The position numbers were made by a program, and so were the translations under genes. DNA of 63,530 nucleotides, filler included, from Octopus bimaculoides (taxonomy: Eukaryota): NCBI RefSeq assembly GCF_001194135.2. It is 6 parts of 5 records of this genome, joined end to end, with 100 filler letters (N's around TTAATTAATTAA, not from the genome) between each part and the next. Parts side by side here need not be neighbours in the genome. Positions count along the whole stretch, not along the records: positions 21,580 to 47,372 come from NC_068983.1; 5 more parts are not named here. One strand, written 5' to 3'. Below the pieces are notes generated by a model, which searched no databases, was not told where the DNA came from, and worked only from the letters and a program-made list of their open reading frames with translations. Of the stretch, positions 23,673 through 35,473 are shown piece after piece; the first letter of the stretch is position 1, and each line of letters begins with the position of its first letter.

Positions 23673-25016
23673 CTCTAATGATTCTGCCAATTCATCATTT
23701 TAGAGACACTCAATAAAAGACAGGATGGTCATACCTTCTGTTATAAGTACGCTTGATTTTTGCTACCCTAGGGCTAAATAACAACGATAACAACATAGAT
23801 ATATCTATGTGGTTAAATCTCTATTAAGGCCAAGTCTTGTTGAGATTCATTTTGCTTTTCATCTTTCCATGGTTAATAAAAATTAGTATCAATAGTATAT
23901 TGTATAGAGGTTGATTCAATCAATTCTTTGCTGCATATTTATGACCCAGACCTAAAGTTTAAAATGTGTGAGCATCTCACATAATATAATACAGTAAGAT
24001 GTAAAACTTTTATTTAACTGAGACTATATATGCAATCAGAAGACAAAAAAATTTCGTCTAAGAATGTTTAAAATATAAAAGCAAACAAGGGAGATAATGC
24101 CAATAATATCAACCAATTAAAATTTTCAGAAAATAAAGAGGCACAGGCTTGGTTGTGTAGCAAGAAGCTTACTTCCCAACCACATGGTCCTAAGTTCAAT
24201 CCCATTGCATGGTACCCTGGGCAAGTGCCTTCTACTATAGCCCTGAGAAAGCTTTATGAATGGATTTGGCAGGCAGAAACTGAAAGAAACTTGTGTGTAT
24301 ATATATATAAGTGTGAGTGTGTGTGTGCATGTATCACCGTATTCTAGCTCTGACATCACATGATATTTGTAAAGCAAGTGTCATTGTAATGCAAGTGGTG
24401 TCCTTTGTTTTCAATATTTTGTGATGACATGTCTGGTGTTGGGGAAATATTATCATGCTTGGAAACAGATGGGGGTGCTGGCATCAGAAAGAGCATCCAG
24501 CAGTAGAAAATCCATCCCAACAAATTCAATCCGACTCATGCAGGCATGGAAAAATAGATATGAAAGCAATGCTGATGATGATGATGATGATGATGATGAC
24601 AGATGATGCTGATAAGAATGCTTTTTGTTTTCAAAGCCAGCTAGTGAAAGCAATGGATTCTTAATAAGTCTGCTTAGTAAATTATAGTCTATTCAGTTAG
24701 CAAGTGATTGCTATATATAGGAACAGAGGCAATGTAATGATGTTAGTTATGAATATAAACATTAAAGCTGAGATGAAAAAAAAAATAAATAAATAAAAAA
24801 GAAACTCAGGGGAGCTTCCTGCATACTTCACATACCAGAGGGTTACACATATATGATATAGCAAGTTGAAAAACTTCAATCAACCAAAATTATCCAGGCA
24901 ATTAACAAACAAAAACTCCCTGAATGAGTGATTACAATCTAAAACAATAAGCAGGGAATAATTCCAATAATATCAGCCAATCAAAATTTTTAATAAAGAA
25001 AGATGACATAGGAGTG

Positions 25017-25394
25017 AATTAGGTTGGCACTCCATCGGTTACGACGACAAGGGTTCCAGTTGATCCGATCAACGGAACAACCTGCTCGTAAAATTAACGT
25101 GCAAGTGGCTGAGCACTCCACAGACACGTGTACCCTTAACGTAGTTCTCGGGGGAGATTCAGCGTGACACAGAGTGTGACAAGGTTGGCCCTTTGAAATA
25201 CAGGCACAACAGAAACAGGAAGTAAGAGTGAGAGAAAGAGTACAGCAGGGTTCGCCACCACCCCCTACCGGAGCCTCGTGGAGCTTTAGGTGTTTTCGTT
25301 CAATAAACACTCACAACGCCCGGTCTGAGAATCGAAACCGTGATCCTACGAACGCGAGTCTGCTGCCCTAACCACTGGGCCATTGCGCTTCCAC
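25017..25394 (-). mobile_element. SINE family C (full length)
   Basis: Reverse complement of 58187-58568. Confidence 0.88.
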
Positions 25395-25834
25395 GAGTGA
25401 ATTAGAAATCAGTACTTTTATTGCTGGGAAGGCAGTAGAGATAGGAGTGAGGCAAGAGGGTTATCTCACTAAATGTATAGTTTTGTTTCATTTTTATGCC
25501 CCTTTCTTCATGACAGTTCAGGTTAGACAAGTATATTGTTGAGGCATTGTTTTGCAGTCAGATGTCCTGCCTGCTGAAAACCCTTAACTGTTTTTCAATT
25601 GAGTGCACAAGCTATTGGTAGAAGCAGTATGTAATATTCGGAACACCTTGAAGAACTTCAGCTTCTAGACACATATTATATTATAAATCCTTTAAAGCAT
25701 ATATTATATTATATATTAATTATTAATATAATGTTAAAATAATATTATAGATACTAAATCATAAAATTAATATTGACATTTGATTTTACAATATATTTTT
25801 TACTGTTTCCCTACAAATTTGAATTTCTAAAATT

Positions 25835-26231
25835 TACTTTTACTCTTTTACTCGTTTCAGTCATTTGACCATGGCCATGCTGGAGCACTGCCTTTAGTCG
25901 AGCAAATCGACCCCAGGACTTATTATTTGTAAGCCTAGTACTTATTCTATCGGTCTCTTTTGCCAAACTGCTAAGTTATGGGGACGTAAACACACCACCA
26001 TCGGTTGTCAAGCGATGTTGAGGGGACAAACACATACACCCACATAATATATATACATACATATATACGACGGGCTTCTTTCAGTTTCTGTCTACCAAAT
26101 CCACTCACAAGGCTTTAGTTGGCCCAAGACTATAGTAAAAGATACTCGCCCAAGGTGCCACGCAGTGGGAATGAACTCGGAACCATGTGGTCGGTAAACA
26201 AGCTACTTACCACACAGCCACTCCTGCACCT
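25835..26231 (-). mobile_element. SINE family A, directly downstream of the 5S pseudogene
   Basis: Full-length reverse complement of the family A consensus. Confidence 0.85.
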
Positions 26232-26240
26232 GTGTATGAT

Positions 26241-26341
26241 GCTTACAGTACCTAGGTTTCCCAAGTGGTCACCCATCTAAGTACTCACTAGGGTCGATGT
26301 TGCTTAACTTCGGTGATCAGACGAGAACCGGTGCTTTTAAC
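26241..26341 (-). pseudogene. 5S rRNA pseudogene (5'-truncated)
   Basis: Minus strand GTTAAAAGCACCGGTTCTCGTCTGATCACCGAAGTTAAGCAACATCGACCCTAGTGAGTACTTAGATGGGTGACCACTTGGGAAACCTAGGTACTGTAAGC aligns by eye to mollusc 5S rRNA from about nt 18 to the 3' end. Shows CpG-type transitions, an altered C box and no oligo-T terminator. Confidence 0.85.
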
Positions 26342-26360
26342 TTCCATTATTTTATTTCCA

Positions 26361-27565
26361 GGTCATGTCACCTGTAGCCAAACTGCCCAACAAGATCCAG
26401 GGGAAGGAACAAGCCTACCTTGAGACTGCTGCCAACAGTTGCTGTGATGAACTTTAGGTTCAACTGCAGCCCCATGGTTGACGCACTTTTGGCAGGCATC
26501 AACAAAAGGTTTAGGACCCTCCTGGAGGATGAGAAATGCCATCTGGCTGCTGCTCTCCATCCAGGTTTCGCCTCATCTGGTTGAATAAGTATGACAACAC
26601 CAAAGTTGTCAAGGTGAAGAAAAACATGGAAGGTAAGGTTGAAGAGGCCATGAGACAGGAGTCTGATGAAGTGAGCAGCAACAGTGGAGACAGCAACAAC
26701 AAAAAGTAGGAGGATGACTTCTTCAGTGGTGTCACCCAACCAAAAGAGAGCAGCAAGAGCCACAGGTCACTCAAGGACAAGGCCCAGAATTTGGTCAAGA
26801 CTTGGTTGGAGACCATATCAAAGGACTTGCTGACAGATGCTGCTTTCTTGAGTGAGCAAGTGTTGGTGAACCTGTTCATTAAGTTCAACATAGCCATCCC
26901 CTCCAGTGCTGCAGTGGAGTGTTTGTTCTCAATGGGCAAATCTAAGAAAACTTTGACTTTGACTAGCTAATTTTCATGAAGGGCAACATGGATATCATGA
27001 ACAAAATGGAGAATGAGAAAAAGAGGAAAAATTAAATTATGTTTATATTGTTTTTCATTATTTTTATTTTTATTTTTTTATGGCCACTTTATCAATAAAC
27101 TTTTTTAGTTTAATACTGTGTTTCATTTAAGTTTTTTTAATATTTTTTTTACCCTTTTCTGGCTCTAAAAGCCTTTAAAAACCTTTTAAAAAGGGCCAAA
27201 ACTATGAAATCAGCCTTTTTAAAGTCTTTTAAAAATTAAAACTATAAAATCAGCATTTTTTAACTCTAAAGCAAAAAAAAAAAAAAAAAAAAAAAAAACT
27301 AGTCTTTTGGTTCTAAAGTCCTTAAAAAGGCCAAAAGCAGGCTGATCTTATAGTTTTGGCACTTTTTAAAAGTGTTTTTATGTGGATTTAGAGCAAAAAC
27401 TGATTTTCTGATTTTTCTATAATAAAAATTAACGTTAATGGTTTATCAATAACTTCCATTACATTTTTAAAGAATTAACTGATTAACGGTCATCAAAGTT
27501 AACTTTTTGGTTAATGGATTAATAGTTAACAAAGTTAACTTTTCAATTAACGGTGCCCACCTTTG
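26361..27565 (+). mobile_element. 3' part of a decayed hAT transposon (transposase C-terminus plus right end)
   Basis: Frameshifted translation gives DALLAGINKRFRTLLEDEKCHLAAALHP ... LFIKFNIAIPSSAAVECLFSMGK (hAT C-terminal dimerisation motif). Subterminal GTTAAC repeats; end AACGGTGCCCACCTTTG at 27565. Confidence 0.8.
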
Positions 27566-28348
27566 GTAAGTAGTGCGATTTAATGCTCATTCTACATCCA
27601 AATGCTTGCAAACTCAAAAGCTGCTCCTCCACAATCTCTTGATAGTTACCAGATTTCCTGTTTCCAAGGAAATTCCACACCACATCAGAGAAGGCATTCC
27701 AAGCTCTAGCCTCCAACAAACACACTCATTGTTGTAATGAAATGTAGATCCCTAAGGAGTGTTCTTATTTGAGGTCCATGAAATATTCCTGCCTTCTTCT
27801 CATCACTGAGACTTGGAAAGGTTGTACATATATATCTGTAGCAGTCTCCACTGTGATCAATTGCTTTAATGAACTGCTTCATCACACCAAGTTTCAATAC
27901 AGATTTTGCAAACTTTATGAGAAGCCCAGGTTTTGTTCTGGTCTTCAAGTGTTACTTTGAAGTAAGCAAGATACACCTTCTTGACAAAGTTATTAATGTT
28001 TGCGCCTTTGAGCCTGTGAAGTTTTCACAGACGTAACAGAAGATATCGGGGTCATTACAGCACGTCCTTCTTTTTGATGTTGTATCCATAACTAGATCAC
28101 AGTAGTTCAGTTCACAAGTGAAAAGAAGAAGGGTTTTACAGCAAAACTCAGCTTGTACATATTCAAAATTAGCATGACAATCCAGCCAAAATTCTCGCAA
28201 ATAGTGGTGTAAAGTTAACTTTTGCTATGCTCCAGGTAAATAAAGATATATACCGATGGCACAAAAATGTGATGTGATAGAACAAAGCTGAGGTTAATTT
28301 TTGATTCAACACTCTATGCCAGAAAATTTTATATTGTTGACCAGTGTA
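27566..28348 (-). mobile_element. Decayed, internally deleted DNA transposon (probably IS630/Tc1/mariner-related; superfamily uncertain)
   Basis: Minus-strand pieces CCNDPDIFCYVC, KLGVMKQFIKA, AGIFHGPQIR and AWNAFSDVVWNFLGN ... GCRMSIKSHYL are characteristic of a widespread invertebrate transposase. The end reads TA|CACTGG at 28348-28341. Confidence 0.7.
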
Positions 28349-28359
28349 TTTTTAAAAAA

Positions 28360-28410
28360 TAATTGAAATAATTGAAATATTTGAAATAATTGAAATAATT
28401 GAAATATTTA
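28360..28410. repeat. 9-bp tandem repeat (AATTGAAAT)x~5
   Basis: Direct reading. Confidence 0.85.
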
Positions 28411-29429
28411 GTGTATAATTATATTTTGAATTTTTTTTTATTAAACGTTTTTGTTACATGTATTAACTAAATACACAATTTGAAAAATAAACACAAAATA
28501 TAGCTCAACAAACAAAAATAGAGCATAATATAAGTTGAAACTCAACACAGATTATAACCAACCAAACACACTGAACTAAGTAAAACGAGATGAAATATTT
28601 CATTTAATGTAAGTAAAATGTTAACAGGCTGCAATGGGAATTCATGTAGTATATTACTGGTATTTATGATTATGCATTACAGAAGAGGGGAGGGGTAGAT
28701 TTTATCATCAAACAGCAAGAATATGGAAGATAGGTAAAGACAAGAATAAAAAATTTTAAACGTAATGTAATTGCATAAAAGAGAAATGAGAGACTGAAAA
28801 AAAAAACAGACGAATATAGAAACAGGGCGCAGGGATATGAGTGTTATACTTCCGCTTTGGTTTGTTATGTCTGGAACCAACAGGAAAAAGAAGGTAAATA
28901 AGGAAAACAGATGAAAACAAAAAGGAAGATGAAAAGAAAATTTATGTAGAAAGAAGGAAGAAACTAATTCAAAAGGGAAGATAAAATACATTTGTCTTGA
29001 GAAAAGAATAAGATATGATATACTATTAGATGGAAAGAGAGTGAGAGAGAAAAATAGTAGAAAGAAAGAAAGTAGTAGTAGTAGTAGTAGTGGTGGTGGT
29101 GGTGGTAGTGGTGATAGAAGAAGAAGAAGAGAATTAGTAAAAGACAGTGGTAAGAATACAAAGAGGGGTAACGTTAAGAACGGGAGAGTATTACAGAAGG
29201 AATAATGTCAAAAGAGGGTGGGTAATACAGAAAGAATAATGTAAAGAAAGGGGGAGTAGTACAGAAAAAGTAATATTAAAACAGAGTGAGTAATGTTAAA
29301 GAGAGGGATGGGATGCAGAGAGAAATGACATGGTAACAGAGCAAAGAGGGAGAGGAAAAGGTCAACAGCAGTTCAAATAAAGTCTAACGTGTATTCTGTA
29401 ATAAAGTGAGTGAAGTGAAAGACTAAAAG

Positions 29430-29567
29430 CCTATTCACGTGGCTCTCGTTTTGTGTATACTCTGACAAAAATAAAGAGGAAAAAGCCAACGTCACGCATT
29501 TTGGAAAAGACACGATAACAAGACAAACAACAGCAAACATATAAACGAACTTTATATATTTTCTGAA
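29430..29567 (+). promoter_or_regulatory. Probable promoter/5' UTR of DAP homolog
   Basis: Unique, CpG-containing, A-rich leader directly upstream of the ATG. E-box CACGTG at 29436-29441 and CRE-like ACGTCA at 29489-29494. TSS not determinable from sequence. Confidence 0.45.
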
Positions 29568-29622
29568 ATGTCGTCGTCAGTTGACAGCAAGATGGACCTG
29601 AAGGCTGGACATCCACCTGCAG
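29568..29622 (+). CDS. DAP: Coding exon 1 of Death-associated protein 1 (DAP1/DAPL1 family) homolog; gene incomplete in window
   Basis: ATG at 29568 gives MSSSVDSKMDLKAGHPPA plus one G, then the donor AG|GTAAAT at 29623 (55 nt, phase 1). KAGHPPA(V) is the conserved DAP N-terminal motif (human MSSPPEGKLETKAGHPPAVKAGG); the trailing G would start the Val codon. Too short for the ORF track. Confidence 0.88.
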
Positions 29623-29679
29623 GTAAATAAATAAATAGAATTATTATTATTATGGTTTATTATCCCGTCTGGGTTTTTT

Positions 29680-30240
29680 GCTGCAGTCAAAGTACTGTGA
29701 TCGATTCAATCAATTTATGCCCGCCTCCCCCAAAAATGTGGCTTTGTGCCAATGTTAGAATTCATTATTGTTTTTATTTCTGTTAGTGAAATTCTGAGAG
29801 CGAAAAATTACTTAGCAAAACCTTGAGGCAGTGTATTATAACGCAATTTAATAATTTGTTCACTGAGTAAACATTAGGGTTATCCTTCATAAAACGGTTG
29901 GTAAACTCAGAAAATAAAATAACAGAAACCAGAAAGCATTGCTGCAGTCAAGTTACTTGTGGTCGATTCAATCAATTTCTGCCCGCCTCCCAAAAATGTG
30001 ACTTTGTGCCAATGTTAGAATTCATTATTATTGTTTTTATTTCTGTTAGCGGAATGCTGAGAGTAAAAAAATCACTTATTAAAACCTCGAAACTGTATTA
30101 TAACGCAATTTAATAATTTGTTAACTCAGTAAACATGTGAGTGGTCCTTCATAAAACGGTTGTAAACTCAAAATGAAATACAATTCTTCATAAAACGGTT
30201 GTAAACTCGAAATAAAAAACAATCAGAAACCAAAATGCAT
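29680..30240. repeat. Tandem duplication, period ~261 bp, at the start of DAP intron 1
   Basis: Units start GCTGCAGTCAA at 29680 and 29941, ~80% similar by eye; each contains a SINE B tail remnant. Confidence 0.85.
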
Positions 30241-32399
30241 TACAAGCAACGAATGTCATTAAATTGCTTAAAGAAACCAACAATAATACTTCTTGCAAGC
30301 GTATTAAATCATGGTTTATTTAAAGTATAAAATATGTAAGTGTATGAAATAACATTGTTTGATCGATTGAAGTGATTGCACCTGATTCTTGTAGAGACCA
30401 CAAAACAAGAAATTGTACTTGTAACCCCCCCAAAACAAAATATTTTTTATGATTACATATTTCGTATTTACAAACAAAATAAATCATTAAATGTGTACAC
30501 ATCGTTTGTGTTTGTATTGTAGTTTAGGTTTGAATTTTCTTGAAGGGTCATCCTATAACTAGCTTGTTTTTTACCCGAACAAGGAACATTAGCACACAGT
30601 AACGTCTCTGGGCCGTTCTTATTTTGCTGTCGAACCGATTTAACTGATGTTGGGCCCAGCCAAAGTCTTTTCACACCATTGCTTGAATAAGAAAATGAGT
30701 GTGCTTCTCTGTAGCCTCTCGATGTACTAGAAATAGTAACCGAATATCACTCAAATCACACCCCACGATCGTAGATAGTAAGATAGCATTGGATGATGTA
30801 GTCCCCATGCTGTACTTGATGGAAAACGGGGTGGTCATGGAGAGAACGCTATTGCTCATGTCTGCTCAGTCAAAGCCGAACAACGTTAAATATTTTCCTT
30901 TTAAAAGACAGCTTTGCCCTCTAAGCATCATTATTTACCCCTCCCCCATTTTGTTTTTGTTTATATTTTACCGATGATCATACGTTTACCTACATTATGT
31001 GACTAAATTCGAATGTCGTCATTATTTAGCATCTCCCCAGGTCAACTCGATTGTGCTGAAGTGAATAAACGACGTGTCAGTCATGATCAACGCATCTTAT
31101 TTTCAGACGTATTCTGTCTGGACTATATTATACAATGTGTCCATTGTTTAGGATTACAGTTTGAAGGAAATTTCGTTTGGCTGCTGTTTCTAGCGGGGTC
31201 GAGCGACCACATAGTAACTTCTCTTGTTGGCTCGTTGAATATTTGTTTGGATGACTTCTTGTATGTTTGTAGATGAATTCGAACAGTTTTGCAGGATTTT
31301 GTGTAATATAAGAACGTCGATGTGTATCGTGCATACAAGATTGGTGTATTTTGAATATGTACATGAATATGGAACTTGAAAAAGTCCATGTAACTTGATA
31401 TTCGAGAAGACACCACAGAGCTTAGAACGCATAAATCTAACCTAAATGGTTTATTTAGATATTAAAAATATCAACTAATCTATGTAAATTGTGTGTGTAT
31501 AAAATGTAAAATATACATTAATGTATGTATACATACTGGCCTATTTTGAAACTCGATGTAAACATGCTTTAAAAAAAAAACCCGAACCTATTTATAACTA
31601 ATTATTATTATTTTTTTGTTTAAAGGAACTTTAAAAACTGACCCATTTGTTTGTAATCATGTCCTTTCTTTTCCCTTATGTTGGTTAGATATAGCTTAAA
31701 TATTATTAACTTCTACCTATTCATGATTGTTTTGCTTTTCCCTTTTAAAAAGTTCTCCCTCCATTAATGTAAACAATCGACATCTCTTTCACTCGGGCAA
31801 ATGTTTGTGCATATTTTATTTTCTACCGAGTTTGTATGCTTATGTATTTATATAGTTTCCTTTCCATTGTTAATGAAGTATGAATTACGATATTTTAGCT
31901 TCGTTTGGTACAACGTTATGTATAGTTAACTGTGCAATATGTTACATGTTCGCCAGCATAAAACAAAAAGGAAACCGCCTTTGTACCACGTGGTTACAAG
32001 CTGACCCTCTTGTGAAAATTTACGTTAGAATATGTATTTAATATTTGTCAGATTTTTCGAAGTTAATACATTTGTTAGTATGGCTTTTTAAAAAATTTTG
32101 GCGAATTAAAGGAGGATTACTTTCTTGTCAACTTTTTTGAAGTTGTATAAGTGGATGCGTTTGTTTGTACTTTAGGTATATTTCTTTAACCAAGTCTTGG
32201 GCAAACTGCGGCCCGTGAGATTTTCTGAATGGTACGCCTAACGAAAAATTACGATGAATATCTTTTAATAGTGTGACCTGCCTCGAAAAAGGTTATCCAT
32301 GTCTGCAACCTCTATTTAGTTGTATCTCTAATATTCACCGACAGTTAATTGTTCCAACATCTGTTATTTTAGATTGAGGATGCCTATCCTTACGTCACC

Positions 32400-33200
32400 C
32401 CTCAGGGAATATCCACTATTCGTCTTGACTCTCGCGCTCCCACAGCCAAGATGCAAAGGAAGATAATTTTCTTATCGCCAACCCCCGACAACTACTAGTA
32501 ACCTCCTCTCGCATACGTATTCCTGATGGACACTGTCACATGTGGTCTCTTTCTCACAACCAAACCTAGCCTTTGCCAACTCATTCACCTTAGAAACACC
32601 TATCAGATCGTCCATCTACTGCTTAATCACGACTATTCGCCACGTACCCACATACTGTGCACCCCCACTTTGGATCTTTGGTATTTCAAACGTTGGCAAG
32701 CAATATACCGTCCCAAATCTCTCACGTGCACTTATAGGTGCAATAAACAGACAGAGAAGTGAATCTAACGGATTTTGTGTGTTATTTTAAATGGCTTATA
32801 AACACCTTCCACGCTGCAATTGTTTTCGTTCCAGCACACGATCTCAGATCAGGTCACTTGCTATGCAAGTGCATCTCCGTAATGGCCTATAACGTCTGAG
32901 AAAAATTATCCACTTTTACATAGACGGGTTTTATCTACCACTGTTAATTCCTATGTGCCTTCTTTCATCGCACAATGTACAAGCTCCCGAAACGACTGTC
33001 GATTCTTTTGGCTCCTTGTCAAAGGATTTCCAGCGACTTAACGGATTTTGCCCAGCTTTCATTCTTCAGTCATCTAAACCACTACTCTCGACTAGAAAGT
33101 CTTTTTTTCCCGCCAGCTTTGAGTTCTATTCTACACTGTATACACTGGACAAACCTCCTCGAACTTTCTTCACTCTACCATGCTTACCGCAACATATACT
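32400..33200 (+). mobile_element. Highly decayed CR1/L2/Jockey-like LINE 3' RT fragment
   Basis: Remnants IRHVPTYCAPPLW (cf. IRPxLEYCSxxW) and HYSRLESLFFP (cf. YSxSFFPR). Confidence 0.4.
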
Positions 33201-33276
33201 AGCAAATGCCAAGTGCAAGAATGTCTTCAGTTACTTCAAACCATCAAAGTTAGCCTCTTTCTTTGCTCTATCTGTG

Positions 33277-33612
33277 CATGGCTCAGTATTTAGAGCGTCA
33301 TGCTCACAATCATGATGTTATGAGTTCGATTTCCGGACCGGGCTATGTGTTGTGTTCTTGAACAAGACACTTTATTTCATGTTATTCTAATTCACTCAGC
33401 TGTAAAAATGAGTTGTGACGTCACTGGTGCCAAGCTGTATCAGCCTAAGCCTTTCCTTTGGATAACACTGGTGGCGTGGAGAGGGGAGGCTGGTATGCAT
33501 AGGCGAGTGCTGGTCTTCCATAAACAGCCTTGCCCAGACTTGTGCCTCGGAGGGTAACTTTCTAGGTGTAATCCCATATTCATTCATGGCTGAAGGGGGT
33601 CTTTACCCTTTA
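33277..33612 (+). mobile_element. tRNA-head SINE family D
   Basis: A box GGCTCAGTATTT, B box GAGTTCGATTTCC, CORE-like TGTTCTTGAACAAGACACTT segment, distinct 3' tail. Confidence 0.7.
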
Positions 33613-33619
33613 TCTTTTC

Positions 33620-34450
33620 CAAACTCTTCGATATCTCTGCAGTGATCTATCCCAAGTTTTCAAGATGTGTAAGTGTGTACCATTCTTGAGAAGAGCAATT
33701 GCTCTGATTCTGTCAACTATTGATCTATAGTTCTCATTTCCAAAAAGTTTGATTGAAGCAATTGTTAATAATTATCTTCTCAGATATCATCAGTCTCTCT
33801 CTCCTTCACTTATGACTACCAATATATCTTCCATAAAACTAGAGCTACTGGAGATCTGCTTTCCTACATCACTAGTTATAATATTGTGATTTACATCAAC
33901 AAAGCCTTTGGTAGTGTCAGGCAAATCTCTTAGCAAGGCTGCCTGTTTATAGGTTCCATATATTTCTCATCTCTTGATAGGAAGCACTTCCTTTGAGAGT
34001 GTACTGTGTCATAGTGTGTATTGCTGAAATTTTCTTTGGACCACACTCTGTCACTCTGGTGTGTGCCAAGGTTTGGTTATGTGACTCAAACTCTTCCTTC
34101 CTTACTTAAATGACCAAGTTACCAAAATCTCCAACAAAGACCAGCCTATTCCCTAACTTCTGCACACTGACTCCTTCCATATGCAGCCTAGCCAACTCGT
34201 GCTAAACTAGTTCTATTTTCATGAACATGTAAACTTTCTCTAAATGCACAAGGACACAGTGTACATATCAAGGCAATATCTTGTGTAACTTAACCTTTCT
34301 AGTCTGAGACAACATACAAGTAAAATTTTGAAAGTCACTACAAATGCTAGACTTCACAATCTTTAATAATCTGTCCTGGCAGTTATCTTTTCATGACATG
34401 GTAAAATCTTAATTCCAAAGACTAACCTTGCTTCTTAAAGTCAGAAAATA
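33620..34450 (+). mobile_element. Decayed non-LTR reverse-transcriptase fragment
   Basis: Broken-frame motifs DYQYIFHKTRATGDLLSYIT (QxGFR), INKAFGSV (DxxKAFDxV) and SGVCQG (GVPQG). Confidence 0.65.
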
Positions 34451-34589
34451 CTTCAGCCTTGGATAATTGTTGTCTCTACAAAACTTAAATCAGATCCAGA
34501 GTGAAATACTTCTCCAATATCTGGTGCTGCCACTACTCATATGAATATTGTACACCATATCCCTAAAAAGAGCCACATGACTGATTGGT

Positions 34590-34625
<36 letters not shown>

Positions 34626-35473
34626 GTTTAACGTCCGCCTTCCATGCTAGCATGGATTGGACGATTTGACTGAGGACTGGTGAAACCGGATGGCAACACC
34701 AGGCTCCAATCTAATTTGGCAGAGTTTCTACAGCTGGATGCCCTTCCTAACGCCAACCACTCAGAGAGTGTAGTGGGTGCTTTTACGTGTCACCCGCATG
34801 AAGGCCAGTCAGGCGGTACTGGCAAGGGCCACGCTCAAAATGGTGTCTTTTATGTGCCACCCGCACAAGAGCCAGTCCAGGGGCACTGGCAACGATCTCA
34901 CTTGGTCTCACTTGGCTTGCCGGGTCTTCTCACANNNNNNNNNNNNNNNNNNNNNNNNNNNNNNNNNNNNNNNNNNNNNNNNNNNNNNNNNNNNNNNNNN
35001 NNNNNNNNNNNNNNNNNNNNNNNNNNNNNNNNNNAGGGGCACTGGCAACGATCTCGCTCGAAAATCCTATGAAGGCCAGTCAGGTGGTACTGGCAATGGC
35101 CACGCTCAAAATGGTGCATCTTATGTGCCACCCGCACAAGAGCCAGTCCAGGGGCACTGGCAACGATCTCACTTGGTCTCACTTGGCTTGCCGGGTCTTC
35201 TCACACATAGCACATTTCCAAAGGTCTCAGTCAGTAGTCATCGCCTCAGTGAGGCCCAATGTTCGAAGGTCTTGCCTCACCACCTCAGCCCAGGTCTTCC
35301 TGGGCCTACCTCTTCCACGGGTTCCCTCAACTGTTAGGGTGTGGCACTTTTTCACGCAGCTATCCTCATCCATTCTCACCACATGTCCATACCAGCGCAA
35401 TCGTCTCTCTTGCACACCACAACTGATGCTTCTTATGTTCAGCTTTTCTCTCAAGATACTTACACTCTGACGG
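34590..35473 (-). mobile_element. 5'-truncated RTE LINE: ORF2 C-terminus, 3' UTR and (GAT)n tail
   Basis: ERRLRWYGHVVRMDEDSCVKKCHTLTVEGTRGRGRPRKTWAEVVRQDLRTLGL; premature TGA at 35227-35229; natural stop at 35179-35181; tail GCGGACGTTAAACGATGATGATG. Sequence is duplicated across the 34935-35034 gap. Confidence 0.9.

Noticed and set aside
32192-32305. Possible hAT MITE (GGGCAAACTGCGGCCCG left end)
   Set aside because: The right TIR is degenerate and no TSD is visible; probably a relic but boundaries are unsupported.
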